In this document: positions 27,701 to 42,194 of the stretch, piece by piece
How the letters are laid out: the number at the start of each line of letters is the position of its first letter
How positions within the stretch are numbered: the first letter of the stretch is position 1
Origin: the human T2T-CHM13v2.0 reference genome, Homo sapiens
DNA: 64,000 nt
NCBI RefSeq assembly: GCF_009914755.1
Contig: NC_060934.1
Reading direction: 5' to 3' (one strand)
Made by a program: the position numbers and the translations under genes
The notes under the pieces: generated by a model
Database searches by the model: none
Told to the model about the DNA's origin: nothing
Seen by the model: only the letters and a program-made list of their open reading frames with translations

Positions 27701-27959
27701 TTCCGTCTCCTGAGTTATAGTAAAATGTGGTCATTTACCTAATGAATATAGGGTGGCTCAGATTTCTAAGCAGTGGTCATTCTTATGAGAGGGTGACTGT
27801 GGCTATACCTACAACATCAGGCACACTGTTGGGAGATAATTGCAACAGCATTTCTACCCATTTGTGCTATCCTTTTGAAGATGCTTTTAGAATAAACCGC
27901 CATAGAAGTTTGAGGTCATATTCTATTTGCATCAGAGATCAGATTTATTTTCTAACCAG

Positions 27960-28260
27960 AATGATAGAAATAATGTCTTCTTCAGGGACGAACATTAGGA
28001 AGGTTTGCCAGCAGCTCATTATAAGACTGGGAGTTTCCAAACTTGCTGATTGTGAGCTATGTAACACAGATCCAATGTGTTCTTAGCGTTCATAGGGCCT
28101 GCCTCCATATCTCCTGCATGGGACTTGGGGGACATGGGGAGCTGGCATAAAGTTCACAATAGCTGCTGAGCTGTTGAATAATAACTTGTCTAAATTGTCT
28201 AATCCACAGTGTTCACTGTTTCTTTCTCAATGGCATGTAAAACTGTGTGATGAGTAAACG
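27960..28260 (+). mobile_element. ERVL LTR fragment, MER74/MER73-like
   Basis: gggacttgggggacatgggg...gctgttgaataataac; contains kB-like GGGAGTTTCC at 28029-28038. Confidence 0.45.
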
Positions 28261-29589
28261 TACAAATTACGCTGTGATTTAGGGATTGCTCGAGCACTTG
28301 ACATGCAGGATGTACATTCTAGGGGGTATGTGGGCAACAAAGAATTCATGAACGTGCTTTCTGGTTTTAGCCACAGGCTAGAGGAGGCCATTTCCTTTAG
28401 TGAGGACAGAAAAGGAAAGGCCAATAAACTGGGTTTACTTTACTAAACTTTGGTTATAAGTTACACGAAAATACTTGTTATATATAATATTTATGAAAAA
28501 AATCACTACTTGGCAATTAAATAAAAACAGAATATAGACACTAATGCCGATGAATTTTTATTATGCTTTTTATATTGGTGTAGGAAATAAAAATAGCTAG
28601 ACCATGTTAATTCTAAACCAAGGCTTGAAAAAGCTATTTTGGAGAGTTACTAAAAATGTACAACAATAAAATATTCAACAATAAAATGTTTGCTCCCTTG
28701 TTTTACTTGGTGTCAATAAGAAATAAGCAGGCGTTCAAGCTCTAGACACATAAATAATGGGTGACTAAAATATTTAAGTCATTTAGACAAAAAATATAGG
28801 CTTATATTTTAAATGCAACACTTGTTCAGACATGCTGCTTTAATGCTTTGGGAAAGTAAGATATTTATGTGCTGTTATGGGCTTTGTGATATGACTATTT
28901 TACTATGTTATAGTATGCATTTCCATTAATAATAATACAGATCTTATATCAATAAGGTAGCTTTAGAAGTCACATCTGCTGTTTTTCTCTTAAAGTTTTG
29001 CAAATTCATTTAAGATATCACAAGCATGTCTGGATACTTTTTACCACAAAATGTACTAGTTCCACATAAAATAGTAGCTGAAATCAAATGCATTTACATG
29101 TAATTCCTCTTATCTATTTACAGAATTCCTATATTGTATAACTTGTGTTCATATAGATATGTGTGGTTTCTTAATTATTACCCAAATAGATTATTGTTTA
29201 TGATAGACAATTTAGAAAACACTGATATATAAAATAAACAAAACTAAATTTCATCCATAAATTCAGCACCAAAGTTAATCACTGTTAAAATTTAGGATAT
29301 ATCTCTCCAGTTTTATATATCTTTATAATTTATTATAAAATAGTATATTTTAAAATTTCATAATTTTTTTAAAATTTAACAATATATTTCTATTATATTT
29401 CTATTCCATTAATTTTGAAAATCATTTAATGGTTATATAAGTATGCTATAATATTATAAACCATGGAATTACATATAAATGTAACATAATGATGAATTAA
29501 TCCTAAAGGGTGTTATAATTACCCATATAAAGTGCATCTTTAATCTCTTTGGTCATTTTCTTCCTTATTACTAGTACATTTTCTTTTTC

Positions 29590-29950
29590 AGTGGTAGAAA
29601 CATCTAGGTGCCCACCAAAATCATTTCTCTCTTTCTTCCTGAACTCACAGCAGCAAATTTAAGCGTCAGTGGCATGTACCACTTATTTTTTCCTCTCATC
29701 CTCAGTCTGGAACCCAAATAATGCAGCAATTAAGCATTGAATACACAAATGAACAAAACTTCCTTAGGTAGACCAACACCTTACAAAGAAATCTAGTTTT
29801 CTGAATAACTCACTGGAACAGAATTCTACCGCAGACTCACATCATCACTTCAGGATTGTCATGAAAGACAGAAATACATTTCTTTGTTCTGTACGCTATA
29901 TTATGTGGGACTTCTTTGTTAGGGCAGCATTACTCTAACCACTACCTTAC
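29590..29950 (+). mobile_element. MLT1 (I/J-like) LTR
   Basis: catctaggtgcccaccaaaatcatttctctc...ctttgttagggcagc. Confidence 0.55.
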
Positions 29951-30886
29951 CGTAACCAGTATATCTCCATTTATATAATAATGCATTTTTCACATCAATA
30001 GTTTAAACTTCTGCATAGTTGTCTGCCCTGTCAGTCAAGAAACTTTTGTCATAATCATCTAACTTTGGTTCACAATAACAATCTGGAAATTTACAAGCAA
30101 ATTTTTCTCATTTTTCAAAAGCATAATCATCTTTCTAGAGTAGTCAGAAAATTTATCCCATATCACACCGCATTAAAGCTTCAATATCATGACTCCTAGT
30201 AAGGTACGTTCTCCATTGACTTAATATGTAAGAGCAAAAAAGAGGAAGAAATTCACTTCCAACCACTGTGGACCTAGCATTGATAATGGTCTCTGAATTT
30301 TACTACTTTTCAAAATTATTTTTGGTTTTTGACTTTTACAAATTTGGAAGTCTTTGACTTTTATGGAGTTATTTTAATTACAATGTGTCTCACTGTAGAT
30401 TTATCTTTGGTAGAATTCAGCAGGGATGCTATCTGTTCCTGGGCTTCTCTTTTTTGGGAGCCTTTTGTTTATTGCTGAATTTTCTTACTCGTTACTACTT
30501 TGTTCATATTTTTTATTTCTCCATGATTCAGTCTTGGTAGGTTGTATGTTTTGAGGAGTGTGTCCATTTCTTCTAGCTTATCCAATATTTTGGTTCATAA
30601 TTATTCTTAGTAGTCCCTTGTGATCCATTTTATTTCTGTAGCATCACATGTAAAGTCTCCTCTTTCATTTCTGATTTTATTCATTTGAGCATTCTCTCTC
30701 TTTTTCTTAAAGTTTTGTCAGTTGTATCTTTTCAGAAAACTCTTAGTTTCATTCATTTTTTCAATTTTTTATTGTCTATTTTGTTTATTTCTGCACTAAC
30801 TTTTATCATTGTTTTCTGGTGCTAAATTTAGGCTGAGTTTCTTTTTTCAGTTCCTTGAGGTATAAATTAGATTGTTTATCTGGTAT

Positions 30887-31302
30887 TGATGCAGGATGTT
30901 TTGCTCCTTTGTTCAGCTAAATCTGGGTTCTTGTGTTACGGCCAGGAAAAATTAGGCATGTGGACACATTGAAAGGTGACGAGAGCGGAATTTATTAAAA
31001 GAAAGCTCTCAGAGAAACAAGGGAGTCTAACCAACAGACTCCCACCCCACAGACTGAATACCAGGCCACCACACAGGAGCTGAAGAGGCCAGGCTCCTCT
31101 CCACTGCAAAAGTTGCAAATTCCCAGTGGCTCCAACCCATTCTCCCAGTGCACAGGCGGGCCGGGCCCTTAGTCTGAACCACTCCACATTGATTTATTTC
31201 CCTTATCGTGCATGTGTTAAGAGACAGAATTTTTCACCATGGGCATGTTTAGTCAAGTCCCCTGTGCACAATGACCTGGAAAGCATTTGGCTGTCTCTAT
31301 CA
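30887..31302 (-). mobile_element. MER61 solo LTR (ERV1)
   Basis: TG...CA ends (tgatgcaggat...ctctatca); TTTATT at ~30991; TSD gtat/atat. Confidence 0.85.
31241..31260. promoter_or_regulatory. p53 response element inside MER61
   Basis: GGGCATGTTT AGTCAAGTCC: 19/20 match to 2x RRRCWWGYYY with zero spacer. Confidence 0.65.
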
Positions 31303-31993
31303 ATATCTTCTTTTATAAATGAAGATATTTATTATTACACACTCCCTCTTAGTATTACTTTTGCCGCATTATATAAGTTTAGATATATTGTGGTTTTGCA
31401 TTTTTTTTGTCTTAAGATATTTTCTAATTTTTCTGTTTATTTCTTCTTTGGTTATTCAAGAGTGTTTTATTTAATTTCTACATATTTGTGATTTTTCCAA
31501 TTTTCTTTCTGCTATTGATTTCCAGTTTCATTCCATTGTGGTCAAAAGAGATACCTGGTATTATTTCAATTTTCTTAAATACTTTAAGACATTTTTATGA
31601 CTAAATAAGTGATCGATACTAGAGAATGTTCCATGAGCATTTGAGAAGAATGTGTATTTTTCTGCTGTTGGGTTGAATGTTCTGAATATGTCTACTGCGT
31701 CCATTTGGTATACAATGATATTCAAGTATGTTATTACCTTATTATTTTTTTGTCTGGTTGTTCTTTCCATAATTGAAAGTGAATTAGTGAAGTCTCTATT
31801 ACTGTGTTGTTATTGTGTTGTCGCTTTTCAGTTCTGTTGATATTTGCTTTGTATATTAGATGCTCTGAGATCCCTGAATCTGAACATGCACTTAAAAACA
31901 AAAATCCATGCAATAAAGGCAAGTCATAAACTTTCAGTTGTAGAAATTGGCCCTTAGTAAGCCTTTCAGTTCATTTTAAATTCATGTGTGGTT

Positions 31994-32230
31994 AAGATTG
32001 TGAGATTTAGCAAATAAAAATCTAGGAAGTCCAGTTAAATTTGAATTTCAGTTAAAAAGTAAATATGTTTATTATAGTTACAATTTGGGCAGTATTTGTG
32101 ACATTAATATTTATCTGTCTCTTTAATATTAAGAGAATACTGAATTAAGAGAATAATGAATATTTAAAAATTCATTGTTTAAATGAAATTAAGTTTAACT
32201 GGGCATCCTGGATTTTATCTGGCAACCTAT
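31994..32230. mobile_element. MER53 hAT-type MITE
   Basis: gatttagcaaataaaaat...cagttaaatttgaatttcag and the inverted end tttaactgggcatcctggattttatctggcaacc. Confidence 0.8.
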
Positions 32231-33584
32231 GAGGGTTGTTATGCTCAACCAGATAATTATGCCTCTGCTTGTTTCAATGTCTGTCTTTTCCCTCAGCTGT
32301 CTACTTTCTGCCCATTCTAGTCAGAGTGCCTGCTTATATTCCTACGCTTAACAACAAAATGGTTCCTCTGTTTACGCTGTATACTTTATCAACTCTTTAT
32401 TTCTTGACCTGACTCTTAAGTTTCAGACCCTGATTCAAATTTGGTCATCTGACTAGCCATTTTCAGGCACCTTAGCTGATACATTTATTAATCTCGGAAC
32501 AAGTGTATATTAAGCTGTGTATTCTTTTCTGGAGCAGTCTTGTAATTATGGCCTCCCTATGATGACCCTGCTTCCTTTCTGCATTTTAACAAGGATTTAG
32601 GTGATATCTCTGTATGAGGATAACACTTCTAACATGAGACTATTATGAGTTGTTTGAGAACAATGATGAGGTGTTACAATGATGAGTTGTTACAAGACCA
32701 AAAACTTTATGTTACATTTAGGCCGTAAATACACTTTATTATATGGTAGAATAGTACTTTCCTGTTTCCTTTGGTGTTAGATATGGCAATGTGACTTTTT
32801 TATTTTCCTCTATAATGTTAGCAGAAATAGTCAACTGTGGACCGTTGGCTTTAAGAGCTAGAAAAAGAATTACCATCTTTCCTCTGCTGACATGACATGT
32901 TTAGAACCGTGTGCTAAAATATGAAGTGTTTGAGTGACAAATTAACAGAACCTCTTTTGTAACCCATTTTGAACATACAGCAAGCAAATGTAAAGTTATG
33001 TTGAGAAATTAGGGTTGTTACTATATGGCATAAACCTCCCTCATGGTGATAAAATAGCCACTATAGATAATCCGAATGAGAGAATTAGCCAGCCGTTTAT
33101 TTCTGAGAGGAACTCTAGTCAGTAATTGGTGGGTCCTTCATTATGAAGAAGTAAACCAAAGCTTAAAGTAACTGCCCATTTAATTTTAAATAGAAATTAG
33201 AGGGCAATTTTTTACTCATTTCAGCTGGAAAAAAGGTTAAGTCTTATACTCTAGATGTTTATCTTCTCTTCTAAAATAATGGCACGGAAATCAAGGCCAG
33301 CTTTTTATTCCATTCAACACTAAGAAGACATAACTAATATTAGAAATGTCACTCAAATTACTACCCTGTTCATACTTACCACATTACCTATTAACTATGC
33401 ATAAGTAAATTTATGTTAATGTATAATTCATAATCAACAGAATTGAAGTGTATTTTATTGAACTTAAGTACCCGATCTTTATAACACAACTAATATGATG
33501 TTCTAAATTACCTTAGTTGTTATAAATAAAATGTTAATGCTTTTATTTTCTTACTTTATATAAAAATAATAAATACTTTTTGCT

Positions 33585-33629
33585 CCTAATATTCAAGCTC
33601 TTTAACCACCTAATATTCAAGCTCTTTAA
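33585..33629. repeat. 21-bp direct repeat with 3-bp spacer
   Basis: cctaatattcaagctctttaa cca cctaatattcaagctctttaa. Confidence 0.95.
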
Positions 33630-36600
33630 GCAATATACATTATCTTTTACTGACATAATAACTATCAAATAGATTTAGTCTAAGTCTGTATTTTTTTAAG
33701 GATTAATAGAAACTAGGTACAGGAAAGAAAATAGAAATAGGAAAATATCATCCATATAATATAAAAATATATATTTGAGCAGATGGAATGAGATGTACTC
33801 ACAGTATGGGAAACACAGCTATACTCATAGTTGTAATTCAATTTTCCTGTATGATATTATACTTTGAAATTATCATTTTGATGAATAATCAAAAATTATC
33901 ATTTTTGATGAATATGTATATAATACCTCATTTGAAATAGTCCTACAGTGTTTTGCTACTTCTCATTTCTTTTTTACTCCATTTTATTTCATGTTAGGTG
34001 ATAGAGAATTTCATCTGATTTTCTAGTTGAATGTGTTGTCTAATGTAACACTAGTACTTATTGTAGTTTCTATGAATTGCTACTCATTTTGAATTTTTTT
34101 AATTTTAATATTTGATGGAAGGAAGTGAATTTTCAGAAGTGCATAGTATCCTTACATATGCATTTCTGCCTTATGCAAGTTTAAATTAAGTTACAGATGT
34201 TTAACTTTACACATGGTAATTCTAACTATTATCCAAACTGTACAATCACTAACAAATTCATATAGCTGTTAGGTACACAATCACTATCTACCTGTCGCCT
34301 CTCAAGTTCAGCTTCTGTGATTTTCATGCGATCACTGTATGTATACATGTATTTTTTAGATATAAAATTACTTGGATTTATCTATATTATCCCCAAAAAT
34401 CTGTGAAGTTTTCAAAGAAAAGGGAAACCACATACTTGTTGCTGAATTATTTGTACTAGCAACAAGTTGGGAAAATATAGAGGTTTGTTAAGTGTGTTTT
34501 GAATTAATGATGTTTGCTCCAATACCTTTCTTTGTACTTCAGTGTAATCAACCACAACATTTGAATTTGATGAAGGTATATTTTACTCTTTATTTCTTTA
34601 TTATTGGTGATATGCTTCATTTTATTAAAAATATGTTTATTTTCATGAGTTCTTCCATTTTGCACAAACTTATTAATCTAGTCCTTCTATCTGGCTTGTA
34701 TGTTAGGGCAGAGTAGATGTTCCTTCAAGCTGGCTCAGCTTTACCCACTCAAGAGTGTGCCTCATCCTGCATCTGAAAACAATCATTTGAAGAAGATGCA
34801 GAGCATGAGCTCATGTAGCAGAAAGTCTATTTCCCTGCTTATGGGAACTTTCTAGTTGTTATGCAATTTTAAAAGCAGTTCATGAACTATTTCTCTAGAT
34901 TTCTAAATATCTAGAATGCGTGGGTGGGAGTCCATATTCACTTATTTAGTCAGTTGGCAAATATGAGTTGAGTATTTACAACACATTTCTAGAATGAGTA
35001 AGGCATGGACCTTGTAAGGAACTACCTCATAATTTAGAAAGGAAAATAAGACTAGTGAATACATGAACAAAATAATACTAAATGCTATTTAGAAGATACT
35101 AAAAGAACGAAGATAGAAGAAAGGAAGAAAGCATGGAATTCACTAGAGGAGGAACAATTAGGAAATAAAAGACACGGTGATTGAAAAAGGATCTGAAAGT
35201 GGGTATAAGTTTCATGGTTAGGAGATGAGTGAAGGGATAAGAGAATTACATTCCAGTGAGAAAATAATAAATAAACTCAAAGAAGCAGAACATTGTTAGT
35301 GGATACTCTAAAATATGAGTAGAAACGTAGATTCTGAGTCTAGAAAATATTATATATCGATTAAAATTTTCTGAAATTCTGGTAAGGATTGAGAAGGCAC
35401 TTTAAGGGATTTGATCAGGAGAGCCACATAACCAAAGCAGTGTTTTATTATTTAAACTCTGACAATGATAACTGAAGGATTGGGGAAAGAGAAAGAAAGA
35501 GAGAGAGAGATCGAGTTTTCAAGTGATTGCGCAATTACAATATTCTAGGTGATCAGTAATAAAGACTACACATAAAATAGGGGTCATTTTATTACAAAGT
35601 TTTCAATGGATCTTGTTATATCAGGGCCTATCTCCATTATTGTTCAATGGCCCAACTCAGCTGTCTTTTTGACAAAACAATTCTTAAGTTACTCATCTAA
35701 ATGTTTGATTAGATAGTTTTAATCAAAAATCCTGACCCAGGCCACTGTTCTGACTTCATATTCCACAATTCTATCGTCTTTCCCTCTTTACAATAAACTC
35801 AATACACATCACATTCCCAAGATAAACCTATTATAATCTTGCATCAATGCATGCTATTCTCTTGTTCTTCTCCACATGAGAAGTTCCTTACTTCAGTGCA
35901 TCAGTTTATATGTTTGAAATTGTAAACAACAGAAAACAATTTCAAACTAGTTTAAACATTAATGGAAATGTATTGAATCTCATAGCTGAAAAATGTAGAT
36001 TTTTATGGCTGAGTTAATTTGCTACCTCTGTGTTGATATTAAGAAGTGTTTTCAAATTTTCTTTTTGTCACTTTGAGCTTTTATTCCCCTTGAGATATAG
36101 CTATCAAAATTATTCCAAGTACATCTCAAAACACACTCCTGTCTTCCAAAAATTCTTCTTTTATTATATATCAGTATCTCCACTGTCTCACAAACTTTCT
36201 TATTTTCAATATGTCACCACTTACATAATAATTTCAATAATACATGCTTTAGAATAATATTGTCATAAAATATTTATGTTAATTAGAGTGATGTCTAATA
36301 TCTCAGAAAATATTTGAATCTTCTAATGTTCCTTTTCTTCCAAGTCCTCTACAAATAAATAACTGCGAATAAAAAAAAATGTTTGAGTTGAGTAACTTTT
36401 TTTTCATTTGTTCTTTTTGTTGCCCTGACAAATTGCTTTAAATTGTCCTGATGAATTATCAGATCTCAAGTAGCTGTACTGATAATTTTAAGTACTGTTA
36501 TTTCCAAAGCAAAATGCTTTGATGAAAACGTGAATCTTTAAATATCTCAGCGTGAGGCAATGTTTCTGGACAATTTAGGATCAGAACTTCTTTCTCCCCT

Positions 36601-36939
36601 TATTATTAGTTAATTGCATGGCCGTAATGATGAAAATATACTACAAGGAGACTGAGGAAAATACTTTCATATTTAACTTTGTTAAAATTTATTTGTAATC
36701 AGATTTGAACTATGATGCTGCTTAGATTCCATGGTATGGGTAACATCATTGCCTGGAATGATTTTTAAGATTCAACCAGCTTCATTTTGAAGTTTACTCT
36801 GAAATCCCAATGGCCAGAAATATTAAAAAGGAGCTATCCAGGGAAGGTACTCATAGTCAAATCACTTCTTTGATTGTTAACGGGTAGTACTTTTTGAGAT
36901 AGTGGGAACATAAGTTTGTACTCATTGTATTTTTTCTTC

Positions 36940-37730
36940 ATATACTACTCAGAAGTAGAAACTGTAATTCTCTTAACTTTTGTGGTGACAAAACTAAATT
37001 TTAGTGAGGCTAAGCAATTAGCCCAATGCCACATAGGCAGTAAAATAGAGAGCTAGAGATTTAACCCTGGTCTGTCTAATGCCAAAGCATTATTTTTTTC
37101 ATTCATTCACCCATTCAATATTTATGAAGTATTTACTGTGTAATTGACTTTCTAGAAGCTGTGGATTATGTGATGAACAGGAGAGACATGAATCTGCTTC
37201 CAAGGGTTATACCTGAAAAGCACACTATAAAGAAGTGATTATATACATAAAATAAGGAAAACATCATACACTAGTAATTTCTGTGCAGAATAACATAGGA
37301 TGATGTGAAAAGACAAAATGGGAACTCCACATGCAGATGAATCAGGGGAGTTCTTTCTGTGAAATGGACATTTTAAGAGAGTTGAGAATGACAAAAAGCC
37401 CACAATCTCAAAACCAGGGGGAATAATTTCAGTATTAAGTATGACCTGGGTCTGAACAAAAGCCTTATACTTGGGTAGAGAGGGAAAAGAAAGCAGAAGC
37501 CAAAGTAAGAAGTTTAGATTTAATTCTAAATGCCGTGAGAAATCTTTGGTGCTTTTAAGTAGTAAAGTAAAACTCTGGCTACTATATTGAAAATAACTCA
37601 CAGAAAGAAAAAGTTAGAGGTAGACCCCATGGAAAGTAATTACATTAGTCCCGGGGAGACATAATAGTAACTGGAAGAAGGCATTAGAGAGAAAATGGAA
37701 TAAAGTAGGCAGATATTGAATATGTTAGTA
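36940..37730 (-). mobile_element. MIR followed by L2 3' end
   Basis: gtgaggctaagcaattagcccaatgccaca (MIR); ttcattcattcacccattcaatatttatgaagtatttactgtg (L2 end). Confidence 0.6.
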
Positions 37731-37911
37731 GAGTCAGAAAGGCTTATTTTACTAGTTCCCTAATGAATTAATATTCTACAAATTATTACAGGATATCAAT
37801 AAATACTTGTCATTCATGAAACACAATCTAGTGAGTTTGCAAATAGCTGTTGTACTATTATACTTATGTTTCAGATTGTATAAATTCCTAAGGGTTTTAC
37901 TTCTATGAGTG

Positions 37912-39075
37912 TCTGAAGATTCAGTCCAAAAGGAATATAAATAAACTATTTTAAATGAATACAATTAATGAGGTCCTATAGAATCAAATTCATCATTAGA
38001 CCACTAAAATCATTATAATATTTGCTGAGATCATTGATGATGTCATTGGTATAAGTAAAATGAAAGAGAAATAAAACTTTAGAATTATTACAACAGGAGA
38101 AAAATAATTCTTAAATTTCATAAAGAGATATTGATCCTATTGATATGTTTTTACAATGCCTGCTCACATTGTGTTGTATTATTTTAAAGTATAGGATTAA
38201 AAAGTCAAACTATTCTTTAAATGCATACAGAAGTGCATTTTGTATTTGTGTACTAATATATGAGTGCTCTGTAAATTCCGTTACATAATACAAGCAAAGA
38301 ACTATGAAAAAACACTTGCTTCTTGTCCTTGAACGCTTAAAGTTCTTGTTTTCCCTTATAGTCTTTCAATGATGCTTAAGTAAATTGATTCCCAAAGTGA
38401 TATGTTTTCAGTACTATCAATCATTTAAATTGAGGAATCAACTAGTTTTATAAATCTCATAACAATGCATCTCAAGTTCTGGGATTTGATTTCATTTTAC
38501 TTAGAAGGCAATAAACTAGCTTATTACTAGCTCATAGATACTGGCAAAACACATGAAACTTTTGAGTCAGAGACAAAGACCTTTATTGCTCACAGCACAG
38601 CAAGAAACATAATGCTTGTATTCGTTCCCATTGATCGTTAAGTTCCATAGGGGTGAGCAGTGGGGCCCAGGTGGATGCTGCACATACAGTTTGTTGTGTG
38701 TATTATAGTTCATTCTTTTTATTGCTGAGTACTATTCATTGCATGGAGGTACTGAACCTGGGATACAGTGAGAATGGGGACTCTTTGCTTTTATAGTAAA
38801 TGTAAAGAATGTCTTCTCTTTGTATTGGAGGAAGGCATTACTTCATCCCTCAAGATTGCTTGATGCAAGCACAATCCTGAGAAATAATCTCAGTAAAAAG
38901 TGGTCAGGGCCTTGGATTCTTGCTATAGTCCGCAGGAACATGTCTTAGGGCCTACGGTGAATTAGTTTTATCAAATGTGCAGACAAAATTTAAGTTCTGA
39001 GGATTCAACATAATAGAAATATAAATAAACTATTTTTAAACGGATATAATTGGTGAAGTCCTACAGAATCCAATT
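37912..39075. repeat. Diverged ~80-bp direct repeat (37912-37990 and 38996-39075)
   Basis: Manual alignment gives 64/80 identical columns, including a 19-bp exact core aatataaataaactatttt. Confidence 0.85.
38475..38975 (-). mobile_element. ERVL solo LTR, MER74-like
   Basis: gagtcagagacaaagacctttattgctcacagcacagcaag is the reverse of the MER74-type polyA region. Confidence 0.65.
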
Positions 39076-39801
39076 TAAGTTGTGAGAATCCTAAATTGTT
39101 TTCATTACTACCAGGATTAAGAAAATAGTGACAGTGATTTTTCTCACCATAGCTTATTTTTCCTTGAAGTTTCTGCCTTCTTGCTCTTAAATTTTCTTTC
39201 ACTGAAATGTCCTTCAAACTTTTTAAAATTTATTCTTCTTACCTTGTGATGTCTATAGTAATTAATCTTACAGAATATCTGTGTTATGGTATTCTCACTT
39301 TCATCCCTGGATTACAAATGCAGGAAAGTATGCTTAACCTTATTGTCTAGGTCTTCAGTTGATAAAGACATAGTTCAATACAATTTTGGTTTTTATTCAT
39401 ATTTCTGTTCATCTCATTTGTTCTGAAAATGTATGCTATTTAAGGATATGGCAATAGAATTTGAGAAATTCAAACTGTAGGATATTTTAATATTTGTTTT
39501 TCTTTGGTTTTAGTTTTACTATTTCATCTAGTTGAGGGAAATCAAATTGTAAAATGACACAAATGACTTATAGAAAGTAGAACTCTACTCTAAGGATTTG
39601 GTACTAATCAGTAGGGAGAATATGCAAGAAGATCGTTAACCTAAACCTTACCCCTTAAAATACAGCTATAGTTCATTATACTACAAATGAAAAGAGATAG
39701 ACAGCCCTGACTCAGAGCCAGGTGAACTCAATCTATGTAGGATATAATTTTTCTTATATTTCCTTTTAACTTCCTCAACACATCTGTTTTAAGATCTGTA
39801 A

Positions 39802-40284
<483 letters not shown>

Positions 40285-40394
40285 TAAGCACTTCCAATAA
40301 AAGATCACCGTTATACATTAGGCTGCCATTTATTTTCTACATAATTAAATTTGGCCAAAAATTAAGACCAATCTTCCTATTTAAAATTTTATTA

Positions 40395-41150
40395 TTATTA
40401 AAAATTTAAAAAATAATTACATATTTGCATGCAGTTGTAAGAAATAATAGAGATACTATATACCATATACTCAGTTTCCACCTGTGGTAACATCTTGCAA
40501 AACTCACAATATGACAACCAGAATGTTGACACTGGTAAAGACCATATACTAGGCATAATCTTCACACAAGTTTCGCTTGGATTTCCCTTTTATAACCACA
40601 CTCACTTCCTACCCGCACTCATCCCCTATTACCCCTGGGATCCAATTACCTGATTTCCACTTTTATAATTTAATCATTTCAAGAATTTAAATAAATGGAA
40701 TCATACAGTGTGTAATGTTTTGGGATTGGATTTACTCATTTAGCACAAATATCTGGAGATTCACTCAGACAGTTGTATATTTCACAGTTTGCTCCCTTTT
40801 ATTACTGGGTACTATTGCGTAGTATGAATGTACGAGGTCTATTTATTTAGTCATTCACCCACTGGAGAGCTTAAGAGTTGCTTCCAGGTTGAGGGCTATT
40901 ACAAAAAAATGCTGCTATGGATATTCCTGTATAGGGTTCTTGGTGAGCATACATTTTCATGTCACTGAGATAAATGCCTTAGTGTGCAATTGCTGGGTTA
41001 TATAGTATTTACATGTTTTCCAGAGTGGTTGTACTATTTTATATTCTTAACAGCAATGTATGAGTGATCTAGTTTCTCTGCATTCTTATCAGCATTTTAT
41101 ATTGTATTGTATTTGGTATTGTCACTATATTTTATTTTTGTCATCATAAT
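40395..41150 (-). mobile_element. L1MC1/2-like 3' end
   Basis: catgcagttgtaagaaataatagaga...ggtaacatcttgcaaaact. Confidence 0.8.
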
Positions 41151-41233
41151 AAGAAAGGGGAACTACTGTATTATTGTTGCATCTCAGAAATACAGATAGT
41201 TCTCAAACCTGAAGCTTTTTTAAGAGGCAATAG

Positions 41234-41569
<336 letters not shown>

Positions 41570-42050
41570 TCAATAAAAACTTTTTACATGCTTGCCATGT
41601 GTGAGAAACACAATAGTAAAATGCTAAACACAATGCATATATATTATATGTAATGATCTCAATAACACTGCAAAGCAGGTTGTCCTCATTTTATCTTTTT
41701 TACTTAAATTGAAGTTCAAAAAACTTAAGCAATCTTCCCACAATCACAGCATAGGAAACTAAATTGGGTTTGGAATCTGGGTCTATTTAGCAAATACCAT
41801 GCAATGCCTATTCAGTCCGAAAGCATATATTGTGAGTCCATTTGGTGTCAGACATTGTACTAGAAATAGTGAGGGAGAAGCAGTCTCTGCTTACAAGGAG
41901 AGCACTTTTCAGTAGAGCAGAGAAAACACAAACATTTTTAATATATAAATGTCATGCTGAAGGCATAAAGGCAGTATAATGGAACTTCAAGGAACAAGCA
42001 CAGAATGGAAAATCCAGACAAGGTCTACATCTCACAGTCTTTATTCTCAG

Positions 42051-42194
42051 GTACCAGCTCACCACCAAGACCAAGTGAAGAAAAACAAATGTGTCTGCCG
42101 TTCCTCACACCCCCTGCTCCAGTCTCCCATCCTCCTGCTAAGGAAAAGTACAGAACCATAAAAAAAAAAAAAAAAAAGGAAAAGTACAGAACCG
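42051..42194 (+). other. Candidate internal exon (144 nt)
   Basis: Branch-like CTCAC 42031-42035; acceptor tctttattctcag|; donor CCG|GTAAGT; one frame is open throughout. Confidence 0.4.
42158..42175 (+). mobile_element. Solo poly(A) TPRT insertion (AT + A16)
   Basis: Perfect 18-bp TSD AAGGAAAAGTACAGAACC at 42140-42157 and 42176-42193. Confidence 0.85.

Larger units (their letters stand above)
30395..31870 (-). mobile_element. L1M (L1MA/MB-like) ORF2 fragment interrupted by MER61
   Basis: Minus ORF 31561-31770 resembles the ORF2 endonuclease (DIFRTFNPTAEKYTFFSNAHGTFSSIDH); sequence is continuous across the LTR. Confidence 0.85.
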
